From Candidatus Thorarchaeota archaeon (GTDB taxonomy: Archaea; Asgardarchaeota; Thorarchaeia; Thorarchaeales; Thorarchaeaceae), in NCBI GenBank assembly GCA_963726195.1, contig CAVSBO010000010.1, positions 32,001 through 96,000 on the forward strand: DNA of 64,000 bases, given 5' to 3'. Shown piece by piece: positions 30,584-40,775 of the stretch (positions are counted from its first letter, which is position 1; each line of letters opens with the position of its first letter). The notes under the pieces were generated by a model. That model saw only the letters and a program-made list of their open reading frames with translations. It did no database searches and was not told the DNA's origin. The translations under genes and the position numbers were made by a program.

Positions 30584-31831
30584 TTGGAGAAACCCTTGGA
30601 CAAGCTCTTTGACAAATTCCTTCAAGGTCAGGGTATTTTCAGAAAGAGAAGTGCACTTAGACCCACATATGTTCCTGACGATATTCCCTATCGAGACGAA
30701 CAGATGAGGAGAATAGCTGCCATTCTCGGGCCAGCCCTGCGTGGAGCACCGCCATCCAACATTCTTTGCTACGGCAAGACAGGCACTGGTAAGACTGTAG
30801 TTGCCCGCTATGTTCTGTCATTGCTTGTGGACAAAGCGGATCAAAGTGGCGTCAGGCCTCCGCTCACCGCCTTTGTCAATTGCCGTATCGTAGGGACCAA
30901 CTATAGGGTGCTCAAGCGCCTCTGTGACCAGATAGATGCAACAATGCCTGATGGGTCGGAGGTCCCTTTCACAGGGCTACCAACGGATGAGATTAGGGAC
31001 CTGCTCAAGAGAAAGCTTGACTCTGAATCCAACATCCTCACTGTCGTGCTAGACGAAGTGGACAGCCTGTTGAGGCGGGATGTAACCCAAGGTAATGACA
31101 TTCTCTATGGTTTGACACGGATGAATGGCGAACTAGAGAACAGCAAGATATCGATAATCGGCATCAGCAACGATTTGAAGTTCAAGGAAATGCTCGACCC
31201 TCGGGTACTGAGCACTCTGGGAGAGGAAGAGGTCATATTCCCACCCTACAATGCTGTGGAGCTGAACGGAATCCTTCAGCAGAGGGTACAGATTGCTTTC
31301 AACGATGACGTCATTGAAGATGAAGGTGTGATAAACCTCGTAGGAGCACTGGCTGCACAGGAGCATGGCGATGCACGAAGGGCTCTGGATCTTCTCAGAA
31401 CAGCAGGCGAGCTTGCGGAACGTAACGGAGACGATAAGGTCACTCAGGAACACGTACGTGAGGCACAGAAGATCATTGAGCGCGATACCATAACTGAGAC
31501 TCTCAAGACGCTGCCCATGCAGTCAAAGGCTTTGTTGTTCTCAGTATATGTGCTAACAGACAGAGGACAACGTGACATCTACACCGGGGAGTGTTTCAAT
31601 GTCTACTCCGAGATTGCAAAGTTGCTTTCTCTTGATACGCTCACTCAGAGAAGAATCAGTGATCTCATCAGCGAACTCGACATGCTCGGGTTAATCAACA
31701 CGTCAGTGGTCTCGAAGGGTCGGTACGGTCGTACAAAGAAGATTCGCTTGGCGGTTGGCAAGAAGCACATTGCGAGCATTATGGAGTCAGATCCCAGATT
31801 AAGTAAGATAGCGCGGGATTTGGTAACGTAG
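30584..31831 (+). CDS. cdc6: Orc1/Cdc6 replication initiator
   Basis: YGKTGTGKT, LDEVD, FPPYNA, GDARRALDLL, GRYGRTK. Confidence 0.96.
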   Translation: MEKPLDKLFDKFLQGQGIFRKRSALRPTYVPDDIPYRDEQMRRIAAILGPALRGAPPSNILCYGKTGTGKTVVARYVLSLLVDKADQSGVRPPLTAFVNCRIVGTNYRVLKRLCDQIDATMPDGSEVPFTGLPTDEIRDLLKRKLDSESNILTVVLDEVDSLLRRDVTQGNDILYGLTRMNGELENSKISIIGISNDLKFKEMLDPRVLSTLGEEEVIFPPYNAVELNGILQQRVQIAFNDDVIEDEGVINLVGALAAQEHGDARRALDLLRTAGELAERNGDDKVTQEHVREAQKIIERDTITETLKTLPMQSKALLFSVYVLTDRGQRDIYTGECFNVYSEIAKLLSLDTLTQRRISDLISELDMLGLINTSVVSKGRYGRTKKIRLAVGKKHIASIMESDPRLSKIARDLVT

Positions 31832-31888
31832 CATAGCTGAATTCTACGAGCAGAATTGATCAGACATCGGTTGGATACTGCCCCGATT

Positions 31889-33574
31889 TCATTGACTGGC
31901 TCCGCTTTCCCCGCTAGGTGAAGCTGCGTAGTCATAGAAAAACCTCAACTCTGGTATGAGTGTTGCCAGATTCACAATCGAGACTATTCCCGGTGTCGGC
32001 TTGATTCCTTGCTTTCTCATGAAATCAGTTTGTCTCTGAAAGCACCCCGAATTGATGATTTGTATGCCGCGGTAGTTATCGCAGGCATTATGATGAGCAT
32101 GACCAAAATGCACGATATCTGGTGGCGTATCGATGACCATCCAGTCTCGAGCCAACGGAGTCAGCTCTGTCTTCCCACCATAGATAGGGGCAAGATGTCT
32201 CTTCCGAAGAAGGGCCTTCATCGCCAATTCGGGTTTCTCGTATGAAACGCCCGGTAGCTGGGTGGTCAAGTCATCCAGTGAATCGCCGTGAGTAACCAGT
32301 ATGTTTACGCCTTCGATACGTACTTGGCACGGGTCGCCCATCATGAACATCCTATCGCCAAATTCGTAGAGTTGACTTGCGAAGCCTTCAGGGATGGGTG
32401 GCCTAGGGAGCGCTTGTCGGCAAGCATCGTGGTTGCCCGGAATGCAGACTATCTTGATCCTTTCTGGAACACGGCGCAGCTTATCAGCGAGACGTGCATA
32501 CTGGTCATGTATGCTCTTGATGCCAAGATCCTCTTCTTGGCCGGGATAGACGCCCACTCCATCACACAAATCTCCGGCAATGAACAGATACTCAATCTTG
32601 TCAATCATTGCCTCATCAGCGTGTCCATTAACGCCGCTCCCAGCAATCCATTCGATGAATCTGTCAAACTCATCCTCAAGGAAGTGAAGGCTGCCATAAT
32701 GTAAGTCAGAAATGAAAACTGCGTACACATCTCTTCGAGCCCGCCTTCGGTCTAGAGTCTGTGGAATGTCAGGAAAGATAACCGTATTGGCAATCATTCT
32801 TCCATCTTGATCAACACGGCCGGATATGCACACGACCTCATCCAGAAGTATTGAATTGCCGCTCTCAAGCAGCTCGCGGCCCTCTGGACCCGTTCGCCCA
32901 GCGGGTATCACACACGTGACTGCTCCCTCTGCATCTTCAAGCTCGATTATTACATTGCCTGACCTTGACACGCTCTTGCTCTTCACCATGCCAATAATCA
33001 TATAGCTGGGAAGCGGTTCAGCCATTACGCCTGCCCCGTAAAGGCGCTTCAGATGTCGAGTGTCATCTTTCTTTTGTTTCAGCGACTCGATGGACACTGC
33101 GCCTCGCGTGTCAACACGGGCCATGTATATTTTCTTGATGCGTTGAAATCGATCTGTGAACAGAGCCAGAAAGTCGTCCACGGTCCCCGCAGAGCCCACT
33201 GCCGCTGGTGAGGGGTTCTTCAGTATCTCGACTGATTCGCCATTGCTTTCGTTTGGCTGAACGTATTCTTGCAGAGTTTCCGCCGCGGCAGACTCATTTG
33301 TCGCCTTTGGAATCTCAGCAGGCGTATCGCGAGCCGCCGGAGAAGCCACTTGGCCAACAATACAGGACTGAACCTGCTCGAGAGAGATTAGTACTCCCAC
33401 GTTCTCCTCGGAGCCCCACTTAGACACCAGTGATTCTACAACCTGAGCTGGCGACTCCTGATTCATTATGTATTCTAATGCATCTGGTGTGACCTGAAAC
33501 CCGGATCTTATGAGCCTCTGCAATATAGCCCGGCGGACTGATGAGGTCACTTTGCCACCAACTACAGTGAACAT
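31889..33574 (-). CDS. polB: DNA polymerase D small subunit DP1
   Basis: FISDLHYGS, AGDLCDGVGVYPGQ, PGNHD, RHLAP.YG, GH.H, NSGCFQ.QT.F. Confidence 0.94.
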   Translation of the reverse strand: MFTVVGGKVTSSVRRAILQRLIRSGFQVTPDALEYIMNQESPAQVVESLVSKWGSEENVGVLISLEQVQSCIVGQVASPAARDTPAEIPKATNESAAAETLQEYVQPNESNGESVEILKNPSPAAVGSAGTVDDFLALFTDRFQRIKKIYMARVDTRGAVSIESLKQKKDDTRHLKRLYGAGVMAEPLPSYMIIGMVKSKSVSRSGNVIIELEDAEGAVTCVIPAGRTGPEGRELLESGNSILLDEVVCISGRVDQDGRMIANTVIFPDIPQTLDRRRARRDVYAVFISDLHYGSLHFLEDEFDRFIEWIAGSGVNGHADEAMIDKIEYLFIAGDLCDGVGVYPGQEEDLGIKSIHDQYARLADKLRRVPERIKIVCIPGNHDACRQALPRPPIPEGFASQLYEFGDRMFMMGDPCQVRIEGVNILVTHGDSLDDLTTQLPGVSYEKPELAMKALLRKRHLAPIYGGKTELTPLARDWMVIDTPPDIVHFGHAHHNACDNYRGIQIINSGCFQRQTDFMRKQGIKPTPGIVSIVNLATLIPELRFFYDYAASPSGESGASQ

Positions 33575-33760
33575 GTAGAACCGTTTTAAGGATTGCAAAA
33601 GAGTTCTCTCTCGATGAAGGCTGGAACAATCAGCTGTATGAATTCATAGCTGATGCCATGGAATCTAGGCGGACAAGACCCGTGTTCTCTGCGGGAAGCG
33701 TAATAAGGTTGCAACCGATAGTCAGCGTCAATATCAGCAAATTTGTTGGGGATGTGATCA

Positions 33761-34741
33761 ATGCCGTATGTCATCAGGAAACTGCAGCAGACCGGGGGAA
33801 AAGAAGGCAGCTCCTTTCTTGTGATACTCCCTAAGGAATGGATACTGCGGCACAAACTGAACAAGGGCGACCCGGTTGTCGTTGCAGAGCGTGAGGATGG
33901 CTGTCTGATAATAGACCCCCGGTTTCCAAGAGCTGGGGAAACAAGGTCGACAACAATCAAGATTGAACACAACTTGCGTTGGGCTATCACGAGCACCTAT
34001 CTACTGGGGTTCGACGAGATTCGAGTGGTTAGTGAAAAGCCGATTACTAACAGCCAGAGAGAGGATTTGAAAAGAATCATCAAGCGCTTTGTGGGAATGG
34101 AGGTCACAGACGAAGACGACCAGCAAGTCATGATTCAGTGCCTTGTTGACCCTTTCACCCTTCCAGTCAACAAGGCGATGAAGAGAATGAATCTGATAGC
34201 CTCTAGGATGCTCAATGATGCAGTCGATGCATACTTTGGGGGACTAAAGGAACTCGCAGACGATGTTGTACAGCGAGACGAAGAAGTGGACCGATTGTTC
34301 TTCCTAATAGTGCGTGAATTGAGGTCCGCAATCCAGTACCCAAGCATATCGGAGAAGATGAGCATGCCGCCCGTTGAAGCCCTAGACTTTAGGCTGGCTG
34401 CCCAGTACATTGAGAGGACTGCAGACTTGGCAACGGATATCGCAGCGCGGACAAAGGGCGCACTTGACAAATCACTTGTTGGAAAAATCAGTTCCATAGC
34501 AGCTATGGCGAAGGAGATGCTTTCTGTCTCAGTGGCTAACCTGTTCAAGTTCGATCCGGAGAAAGTTGCTTGGGTCATAACAGCAGAAGGAAAACTAATC
34601 ACGGATACCGCGGCTCTCCGAGATGACATCATCGGGAGTCCAAACAAGAACCCTCAGGATCATTTGTATGTGGTGGACAGTCTGTTGAGAGTTGGAGAAA
34701 CTGCGAAGGATATTGCAGACTTGGCACTGCCACAGGGCTGA
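33761..34741 (+). CDS. phoU: AbrB-PhoU phosphate uptake regulator
   Basis: RKLQ..G..S..V.LPKEW, YLLGFDEI, RDEEVDRL.F, ER.AD. Confidence 0.88.
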   Translation: MPYVIRKLQQTGGKEGSSFLVILPKEWILRHKLNKGDPVVVAEREDGCLIIDPRFPRAGETRSTTIKIEHNLRWAITSTYLLGFDEIRVVSEKPITNSQREDLKRIIKRFVGMEVTDEDDQQVMIQCLVDPFTLPVNKAMKRMNLIASRMLNDAVDAYFGGLKELADDVVQRDEEVDRLFFLIVRELRSAIQYPSISEKMSMPPVEALDFRLAAQYIERTADLATDIAARTKGALDKSLVGKISSIAAMAKEMLSVSVANLFKFDPEKVAWVITAEGKLITDTAALRDDIIGSPNKNPQDHLYVVDSLLRVGETAKDIADLALPQG

Positions 34742-34753
34742 GGAGGTATTGCA

Positions 34754-36155
34754 TTGGAAAGGAAACTGTTCGGTACAAGCGGCATTCGCGGCAGCATAGC
34801 AGAGAAGGTGAGTGTTGATTTGGCCCTCGAATCTCGGGCGTGGGCTGGGGACTTTCCTGAACGGAAAGGGTACGGTGGCAGTCGGTACAGATGCCAGAAC
34901 CTCAAGACAGGTCCTCAGAAACGCCTTTGTTGCCGGCCTGGTATCAACAGGCACGAATGTCACGGATCTCTCCGTCGCTCCAATGCCAGCTGTGGCTGCT
35001 CAGAGCGCGTGGACAGACGTTTCTGCCTCAGTAATCATCACAGCCAGCCATAATCCAGCGACGGATAACGGTTTCAAGTTCTTCACCGGTGGACGGGAAT
35101 TCATTAGGTCTGAAGAAGAAGCACTGGAGAAGTGTATCTTCAACCGCGAATTCGGCATTGCCAGTTGGACTGCAATTGGAAAGGTCATGAAAACAGACAT
35201 CAAGCAAGCCTATCTCAAGAGAATCAGGAGCTTCCTCAGCAGTAGAGGAGGAAACACAGGCCAAACCAGAATCCTGGTCGACTTGGCTAACGGCGCCGCC
35301 ATAGGATACACACCAGAACTGCTGAGAGAACTAGGGTTCACCGTGACTACTATCAATTCGCATCCTGACGGGTATTTTCCAGGAAGGCTGCCAGAGCCGT
35401 CACCTAGCAATCTCATTGACACTATGAAAACCGCAGCGGGTTCCGACTTTGCTGCAACTTTCTGCCATGACGGAGACGGAGACCGCCTTGCGGTCATCGA
35501 TGAAAAAGGCAGGTTTGTGGATCAAAACAGGGTCATAGCTCTCTTTGCTAGGGATGAAGTGGAGAGGAAAAACGGCGGTTTGGTTGTGACGTCAATCGAT
35601 ACGTCGAGCGTGATAGATGAAATAGTCGGGAAAGCTGGAGGCGAAGTCACTAGGGTGCCCCTCGGCTCGCTTCAGGAGCAGTTGGCTGGAGACAGGCGAC
35701 AGTCGATTGTCTTCGCTTCAGAACCTTGGAAAGCGATTTTCACAGAGCTGGGCTACTGGATGGATGGCATTGCAGCTGCTGGCCGGTTCGCACAAATGGT
35801 CCGAGAGGTCGGTCAGGATAGTTGCATCAAACTCATGAGCTCGATTCCTGAATACCCCGTGTTGCGTGACCAAGTAGCCTGCCCCGATGATGTGAAACAG
35901 CAGTTCATGGGGAATGTTCGAACCATATTGCTCTCAGAGGTCACTGGGATTCAGAGAGTACTCGATGTCGACGGTATACGAATCGAATGTGTTGATGGCT
36001 CGTATTTGCTCGTGAGACCTTCGGGTACTGAACCAAAGGCTAGGGTCTACATAGGGGCAAGAACCCAGGCAGCTCTGGATAAGCTAGCAGGCATAGCAAT
36101 GAATGCGATACGCAGAGCTCTTGGGGAGAGCACCATGGCCAAGACTGCTAGCTAA
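34754..36155 (+). CDS. Phosphohexomutase (GlmM/PMM), frameshift near 34828
   Basis: LFGTSGIRG, ITASHNP, DGDGDR, RPSGTEP. Confidence 0.9.
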
Positions 36156-36281
36156 GCAACGGACTCACGCTGCTGGAACTTCGGAGAGAGTTGAGATGCG
36201 TAGTTAACGTTAAATCCGGTGCAATCAACAGCCCGACTGACGTGCTCTAGCCAGCTCTCTTGGCAGGCCCGTCTTATTCTA

Positions 36282-36381
36282 GCCGAGGTATCCAAGCGGT
36301 TACGGAGACGGTCTCGAAATCATAGCCAACAAGGCAACCGTTGGGGTCATCCCCGCGAGGGTTCGAATCCCTTCCTCGGCG
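36282..36381 (+). tRNA. tRNA-Ser(CGA) with 17-nt intron at 37/38 (36319-36335)
   Basis: GCCGAGG acceptor, ACGGT-CT-CGA-A..A-ACCGT, long variable arm, GGTTCGAATCC. Confidence 0.85.
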
Positions 36382-36472
36382 CCTGCAGTCAACCTTCAGT
36401 GCGTAATGGGCCGCATAAGATAGGAAGTCGCAGCCCTTCGAGAACCAGAGAAACATGCAACGAAGATGAAGA

Positions 36473-36560
36473 TGGTGCGGAGGGCGAGATTTGAACTCGC
36501 GAATCTCTACAGAACGAGGTCCTAAGCCTCGCGCCTTTGACCTAGCTTGGCAACCTCCGC
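36473..36560 (-). tRNA. tRNA-Leu(TAG), CCA encoded
   Basis: GCGGAGG..CGAGG-CT-TAG-GA-CCTCG..GTTCAAATC..CCGCACCA. Confidence 0.95.
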
Positions 36561-36704
36561 TCTACTCGGTCAGCGGTTAGCTACATGATATAACGATTTT
36601 GGGAAGCTGCCGAGATTACGCTTCGGACAGCGCCCAGATGCTAGCCCCTCTGACAGTCGACTTGACCGTTGATGAAAAACAAAAGTGTGTCTGGTATCTG
36701 CCTT

Positions 36705-36872
36705 CTAGGGGGCTTTAGCCGGCTTACCGCTTGAATCTGTCACGGTCTCCCAGATGTGACTGCATCGTGGACATCTCCACTTGCGTCTGTTGAACTTGCC
36801 AGCACCGAACACTTCTTTCCTTACGAGCGCAGCATCCTTGGATCCGCAGTGTGGGCATGTGACCTCAGACAT
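36705..36872 (-). CDS. Small zinc-ribbon protein, 55 aa (absent from the ORF track)
   Basis: MSEVTCPHCGSKDAALVRKEVFGAGKFNRRKWRCPRCSHIWETVTDSSGKPAKAP. Confidence 0.75.
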   Translation of the reverse strand: MSEVTCPHCGSKDAALVRKEVFGAGKFNRRKWRCPRCSHIWETVTDSSGKPAKAP

Positions 36873-36956
36873 AATAATATCCTCGCTGAGAAGCTGGTCG
36901 CATTCGGATATTTAGTTTGCTCCCAGCCTTGGCTTGGACTTGTGCTAGGGCATTGA

Positions 36957-37185
36957 GTCAACTACCCGCGACTAAAGTCGCAGGCTTGCCACTGCAATCC
37001 GTGGTAGGAACTCTACCTCATCATTTCGCGCGACGTTCGGGCGGTTGACTTTCGCCCTCCCGACCACAGCATTGCCACGGTCGGATACGATCCTTCACTT
37101 TTCAAGCTCTCATTTAAACTCGTATATCCCGCGGCGGCGTTTCCTCCCCCGACTAAAGTTGCGGGTCTCCTCGCCGCGTTTCTCT
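36957..37185 (-). mobile_element. IS200/IS605 mini-element (MITE/PATE) carrying a TnpB-type omegaRNA and no ORF
   Basis: Both ends carry CGAC-TAAA-GT(C/T)GC hairpins; right end CAAGCCTGCGACTTTAGTCGCGGGTAGTTGAC; TTCAT adjacent to the left end; internal TTTAAA. Confidence 0.75.
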
Positions 37186-37321
37186 ATGAAGGAAACGTGC
37201 AACACATGTCACAACCTTTTTATTAGCACCGTAAGATAACGGCGGGAACCGTGGCGCTACCACGGCGTGGGTCGAGATTCTTCGGACCAACTCAGGTATT
37301 TCACCAAGAGTGTGATGTGAC

Positions 37322-38005
37322 ATGTCCTCGCAGACCAAGGAAGTAGCTGCCACTACCGCAAGAGCAAGAGACAAGTGGAGAGAGAAAGCTTGGTATCAGG
37401 TTCTGGCACCAGAGTACTTTGGCAACAAGGAAATCGGCGTCACGCCCGGGGAGACTCCCGACTCGCTGGTTGGTCGCACCTTGGAACCCACACTCTACGA
37501 TATTACTGGTAACTTCGACCAGATTCACGTTAAGCTTCGGTTCAAGATAACAGGTGTTGTGGGGCAGCAGGCCAAGACTGTCTTCTTTGGCCATGAATGG
37601 AGCTCAGATTATTTGCGTGGGCTCGTTAGAAGAGGCACATCGAGAATAGATTGGATTGGGCCGATACTCACGAAAGACGACTACATGATGCGGATTTCCG
37701 TGATTGTTTTCACTATGACTCGCTCAAAGACCAGTCAGGAGCACTCTGTGAGAAAGGCTATCGAGAAGGTCATAGTCGGACACGCAAAGAGGCATACATT
37801 CGACGAGCTTGTCCAGAAGGTAATTCTTGGAGACCTTGCCAAGGAAGTCCAGGACGAAGTCAAGAAAATCACGCCCATCCGGGAGTGTGAAATTCGGAAG
37901 AGCAAGGTACTGAAGGCGCCTGAGGAAGTGAGAGCCAGAAGGGCAAGACTTCGCAGAGGCGGTCCGAAGGCCGAGGCTACAGAGACACCTGAGGCGTCAA
38001 GCTGA
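37322..38005 (+). CDS. rps3ae: 30S ribosomal protein S3Ae (eS1)
   Basis: RDKWREKAWY..AP, GRTLE.TL.D, DYLRGLVRRGTSRID, EIRKSKVL. Confidence 0.96.
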   Translation: MSSQTKEVAATTARARDKWREKAWYQVLAPEYFGNKEIGVTPGETPDSLVGRTLEPTLYDITGNFDQIHVKLRFKITGVVGQQAKTVFFGHEWSSDYLRGLVRRGTSRIDWIGPILTKDDYMMRISVIVFTMTRSKTSQEHSVRKAIEKVIVGHAKRHTFDELVQKVILGDLAKEVQDEVKKITPIRECEIRKSKVLKAPEEVRARRARLRRGGPKAEATETPEASS

Positions 38006-38102
38006 TTCCTTTGATGAACAGGATATCAATCAGGCCCTCTCGTTTCACGGGAATTGCATCGTTGTCGTAGTTACACTAACTTCGCAGTCTCATTCCTGAA
38101 TG

Positions 38103-38468
38103 CTAAGCATTCTCAACGCGACTCATGCTCTCAAGTCTGTGCAATGCCTGCAATAACAGAACCACCAGTCGTGCCAGCTTTGTGAGCGCTTCGATGTCGT
38201 TCTCGCTTTCAACCAGTTCGTTCACATCTTTCAGTTTTCGAAGCAAAGTCTCCCTGAGCTGTGAAATCACAGTATTGGGTGCCGGGGCCTCTACCTCTTG
38301 GCCTGAGCGCACAACCACTATCCGACGATCACACGTAGCACAGTAGGTATCGTTTCCCACCTTGAACAGAGGCGAACCGCATTGTGGACACGCCTGCGCG
38401 AGCATTGTAGCGCCCCGACGTAATAGCTCGGCCATCTTCTTGATTGATGCGTCAGTCTTGTCGGCCAT
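38103..38468 (-). CDS. UPF0148 / Sjogren autoantigen-1 family zinc finger
   Basis: MAELLRRGATML..ACPQCGSPLF....YCATC. Confidence 0.88.
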   Translation of the reverse strand: MADKTDASIKKMAELLRRGATMLAQACPQCGSPLFKVGNDTYCATCDRRIVVVRSGQEVEAPAPNTVISQLRETLLRKLKDVNELVESENDIEALTKLARLVVLLLQALHRLESMSRVENA

Positions 38469-38680
38469 TCACATCCAACTCCCACAAAGTGAGAAACGAT
38501 GTAATAAGTGATACCAATGCTGTGCCAAGAATACACCCGGTCTGTGACACTCAAGACGGAAATCGAGGACCACCCCAAACCATTAACCATGTCGCAATGT
38601 TGATATGGTTACGCCAAGTCTGAATCTCCGGTTGTTCACGCACTCCATTCGTGCGGCAAGACTATTCAGAGGTGAGCCAA

Positions 38681-38944
38681 TTGGACCCAGAGACACAGAG
38701 GAGCATAGACCAGTCGAAACATTTGCTTAGACAGATATCCGAGGATTCGTCGGTCCCCCGTAACATTCGTCGTGCGGCCAATGAGGCTATTGCAGTCCTT
38801 GAACGCAGTGCAGATTCGCCGGCAGTAAGGGCACAGAATGCAATCGCGACTCTTGATGAACCAAGTCAGGATCCGAATTGTCCCAACCACGCGCGAACGA
38901 AAATCTGGCATGTTTCTAGTCTCTTGGAGCCGATACGTGACTAG
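38681..38944 (+). CDS. UPF0147 family protein
   Basis: DSSVPRNIRRAA, DPN.P.HARTKIW...S.LE. Confidence 0.9.
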   Translation: MDPETQRSIDQSKHLLRQISEDSSVPRNIRRAANEAIAVLERSADSPAVRAQNAIATLDEPSQDPNCPNHARTKIWHVSSLLEPIRD

Positions 38945-39028
38945 CCTTCGTGAAACTGGCAGTGGAATACAGACAGTTGGTCCTCATGAATGGGGTTCTG
39001 ACGCCTAAGGTCCGGTCCAGGGTCGTCT

Positions 39029-40525
39029 ATGAGCAAGGTGAGGATAAGAGGAATCTATTCGCAGTCATTGACACAGATCATGCTGCAGAACCACTTTGAT
39101 GTGGTTCAGCCAAGCCCTGAGGTTGCACGAAGATTCGGCTTGCCCTATCGCGATGAGATTCCAGACATCGATATCTGGGATCGGAGTGATCTGCAGGGGA
39201 TTGTTGCAATAGCCTACGAATCAGTTTTGAATCGACTGACCGATGTTTTGCGTAGACGGCTTGGCAACGTGATAACTCGCACACCGCGCGTGGCCAAGGG
39301 TTCGATATACAAGGGCTCTGTGCTTGGAACAGACGAAAAGACCGGGCAGACCAAAGTGGACTTAGGAGACATATCGGGTCTGCTGCCGGAAAAGGGTCTC
39401 AAACAGGGTAGCCACATAATGGTCCAGGTGAGAGCCCACGACTACGGAAGGAAGTCTCCTGTGCTCTCTTCTAGTATAACTATCCCAGGAAGAGCTGCAG
39501 TGCTACTGCCCGAGCCAGTAGTCAGATTGAGTGCGAAGATTAAGGACAAGGAAACCCGCAGCCACTTGCTTAGCTTGGGCGAGAAGATTAGGCAGAACTC
39601 GGAGAACTGGGGCATTCTCTGGAGAACCTCAGCTGACAGACTAGAAGAAGATGAGCTACGCAATGAGGTGGATGACTTGCTTGACACCGCCCAGCAAGTT
39701 CAGTCCAAGTATGACGAGGCAAGTAAACCCGAACTTCTGTTCGAAGGGACGAGCAATGCGGACATTGAGTTTCCATCTGAGGTAAAAGAGGCATTGGATG
39801 TCACACGTGCAAAGATTACCCCAACGATAAAGCTGCATCACTTCTACAAGAGCGCCGGATATGCAGCCATCGTGGAACTCGCAGAGACAATCATCGAAGA
39901 ACGCCCGAATGAAAGATCGTACATCATGTCCAAGCTTGAGAAGATAATCAACAAGGACATGCCGAAAGTTGATGACCCGGTAAACATAGAGCATGTCAAG
40001 CTAGATGGAAGAAACATAGTCTTGTCCAAAGGCAGGGTCGTAGGCATCACTGCTCAGGAACTCCTCATCAGGAGACAGTTCAGGTACACGAGTAGGAAGC
40101 TGAAACTGGCCTCCGATTTCACAGAAGACAACGAGATGGAAGACGATGAAGGAGACTTTGCAATTACTCACGTTGTTCCCGGATCAACAACCCTCGTTAC
40201 CGAGTACTTCTCTCATGATGAGCATCTTAGGGGCACCTATGTGAACGTAAACACGGGTGTAGAGGTCTATCCCAGTTCTGGAAGCAATCCCGGTCGAATT
40301 AGATATGTCGACTTAGAGATAGACGTCGTTAGTCCCGTTCAGGGAGAAACTAGGATAATCGATCAGAATCTTCTCAAGCGTGCTGTCCAAAGAGGATTCA
40401 TAACGAAAGAACTCGCGGACATGGCACGACTAAAGGCCAAAGCGGCTTATTTCAGTCTGGCTGGCGAGGGTGCGGAATGGAAAATGCCCGATGAGGATTT
40501 GCCCGAGACTTCGTCCATCGAATAA
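39029..40525 (+). CDS. fau-1: FAU-1 ribonuclease (RNase E/G-like plus DUF402)
   Basis: VRIRGIYS..LT, WGILWRT, GTYVNVNT.VE.YP, YVDLEIDVV. Confidence 0.88.
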   Translation: MSKVRIRGIYSQSLTQIMLQNHFDVVQPSPEVARRFGLPYRDEIPDIDIWDRSDLQGIVAIAYESVLNRLTDVLRRRLGNVITRTPRVAKGSIYKGSVLGTDEKTGQTKVDLGDISGLLPEKGLKQGSHIMVQVRAHDYGRKSPVLSSSITIPGRAAVLLPEPVVRLSAKIKDKETRSHLLSLGEKIRQNSENWGILWRTSADRLEEDELRNEVDDLLDTAQQVQSKYDEASKPELLFEGTSNADIEFPSEVKEALDVTRAKITPTIKLHHFYKSAGYAAIVELAETIIEERPNERSYIMSKLEKIINKDMPKVDDPVNIEHVKLDGRNIVLSKGRVVGITAQELLIRRQFRYTSRKLKLASDFTEDNEMEDDEGDFAITHVVPGSTTLVTEYFSHDEHLRGTYVNVNTGVEVYPSSGSNPGRIRYVDLEIDVVSPVQGETRIIDQNLLKRAVQRGFITKELADMARLKAKAAYFSLAGEGAEWKMPDEDLPETSSIE

Positions 40526-40532
40526 CTGTTGA

Positions 40533-40775
40533 CTACTCCGTTGACTTAAGAGTCCTGAGAGACAAGTCCACTGCGCTCAAGAGATCCTCAATTGTGGTCC
40601 TCAGAGAATCCAGTCCTCGACTACACTCTATTCTGAAAACCAGTTTCCCGTTTACTTTCTCAGACTCGATTCTAAGGCCGGGCGGCAGTGGAACATTGTC
40701 TGGAAGTACAGAATCCAAGACTCGCTGGGAGTCTGTAATTGGCAAGAGATCCAGCTCGATTGTAACGACCATCAT
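40533..40775 (-). CDS. pcc1: KEOPS subunit Pcc1
   Basis: PDN...P, SLR.TI.DLL; context. Confidence 0.75.
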   Translation of the reverse strand: MMVVTIELDLLPITDSQRVLDSVLPDNVPLPPGLRIESEKVNGKLVFRIECSRGLDSLRTTIEDLLSAVDLSLRTLKSTE

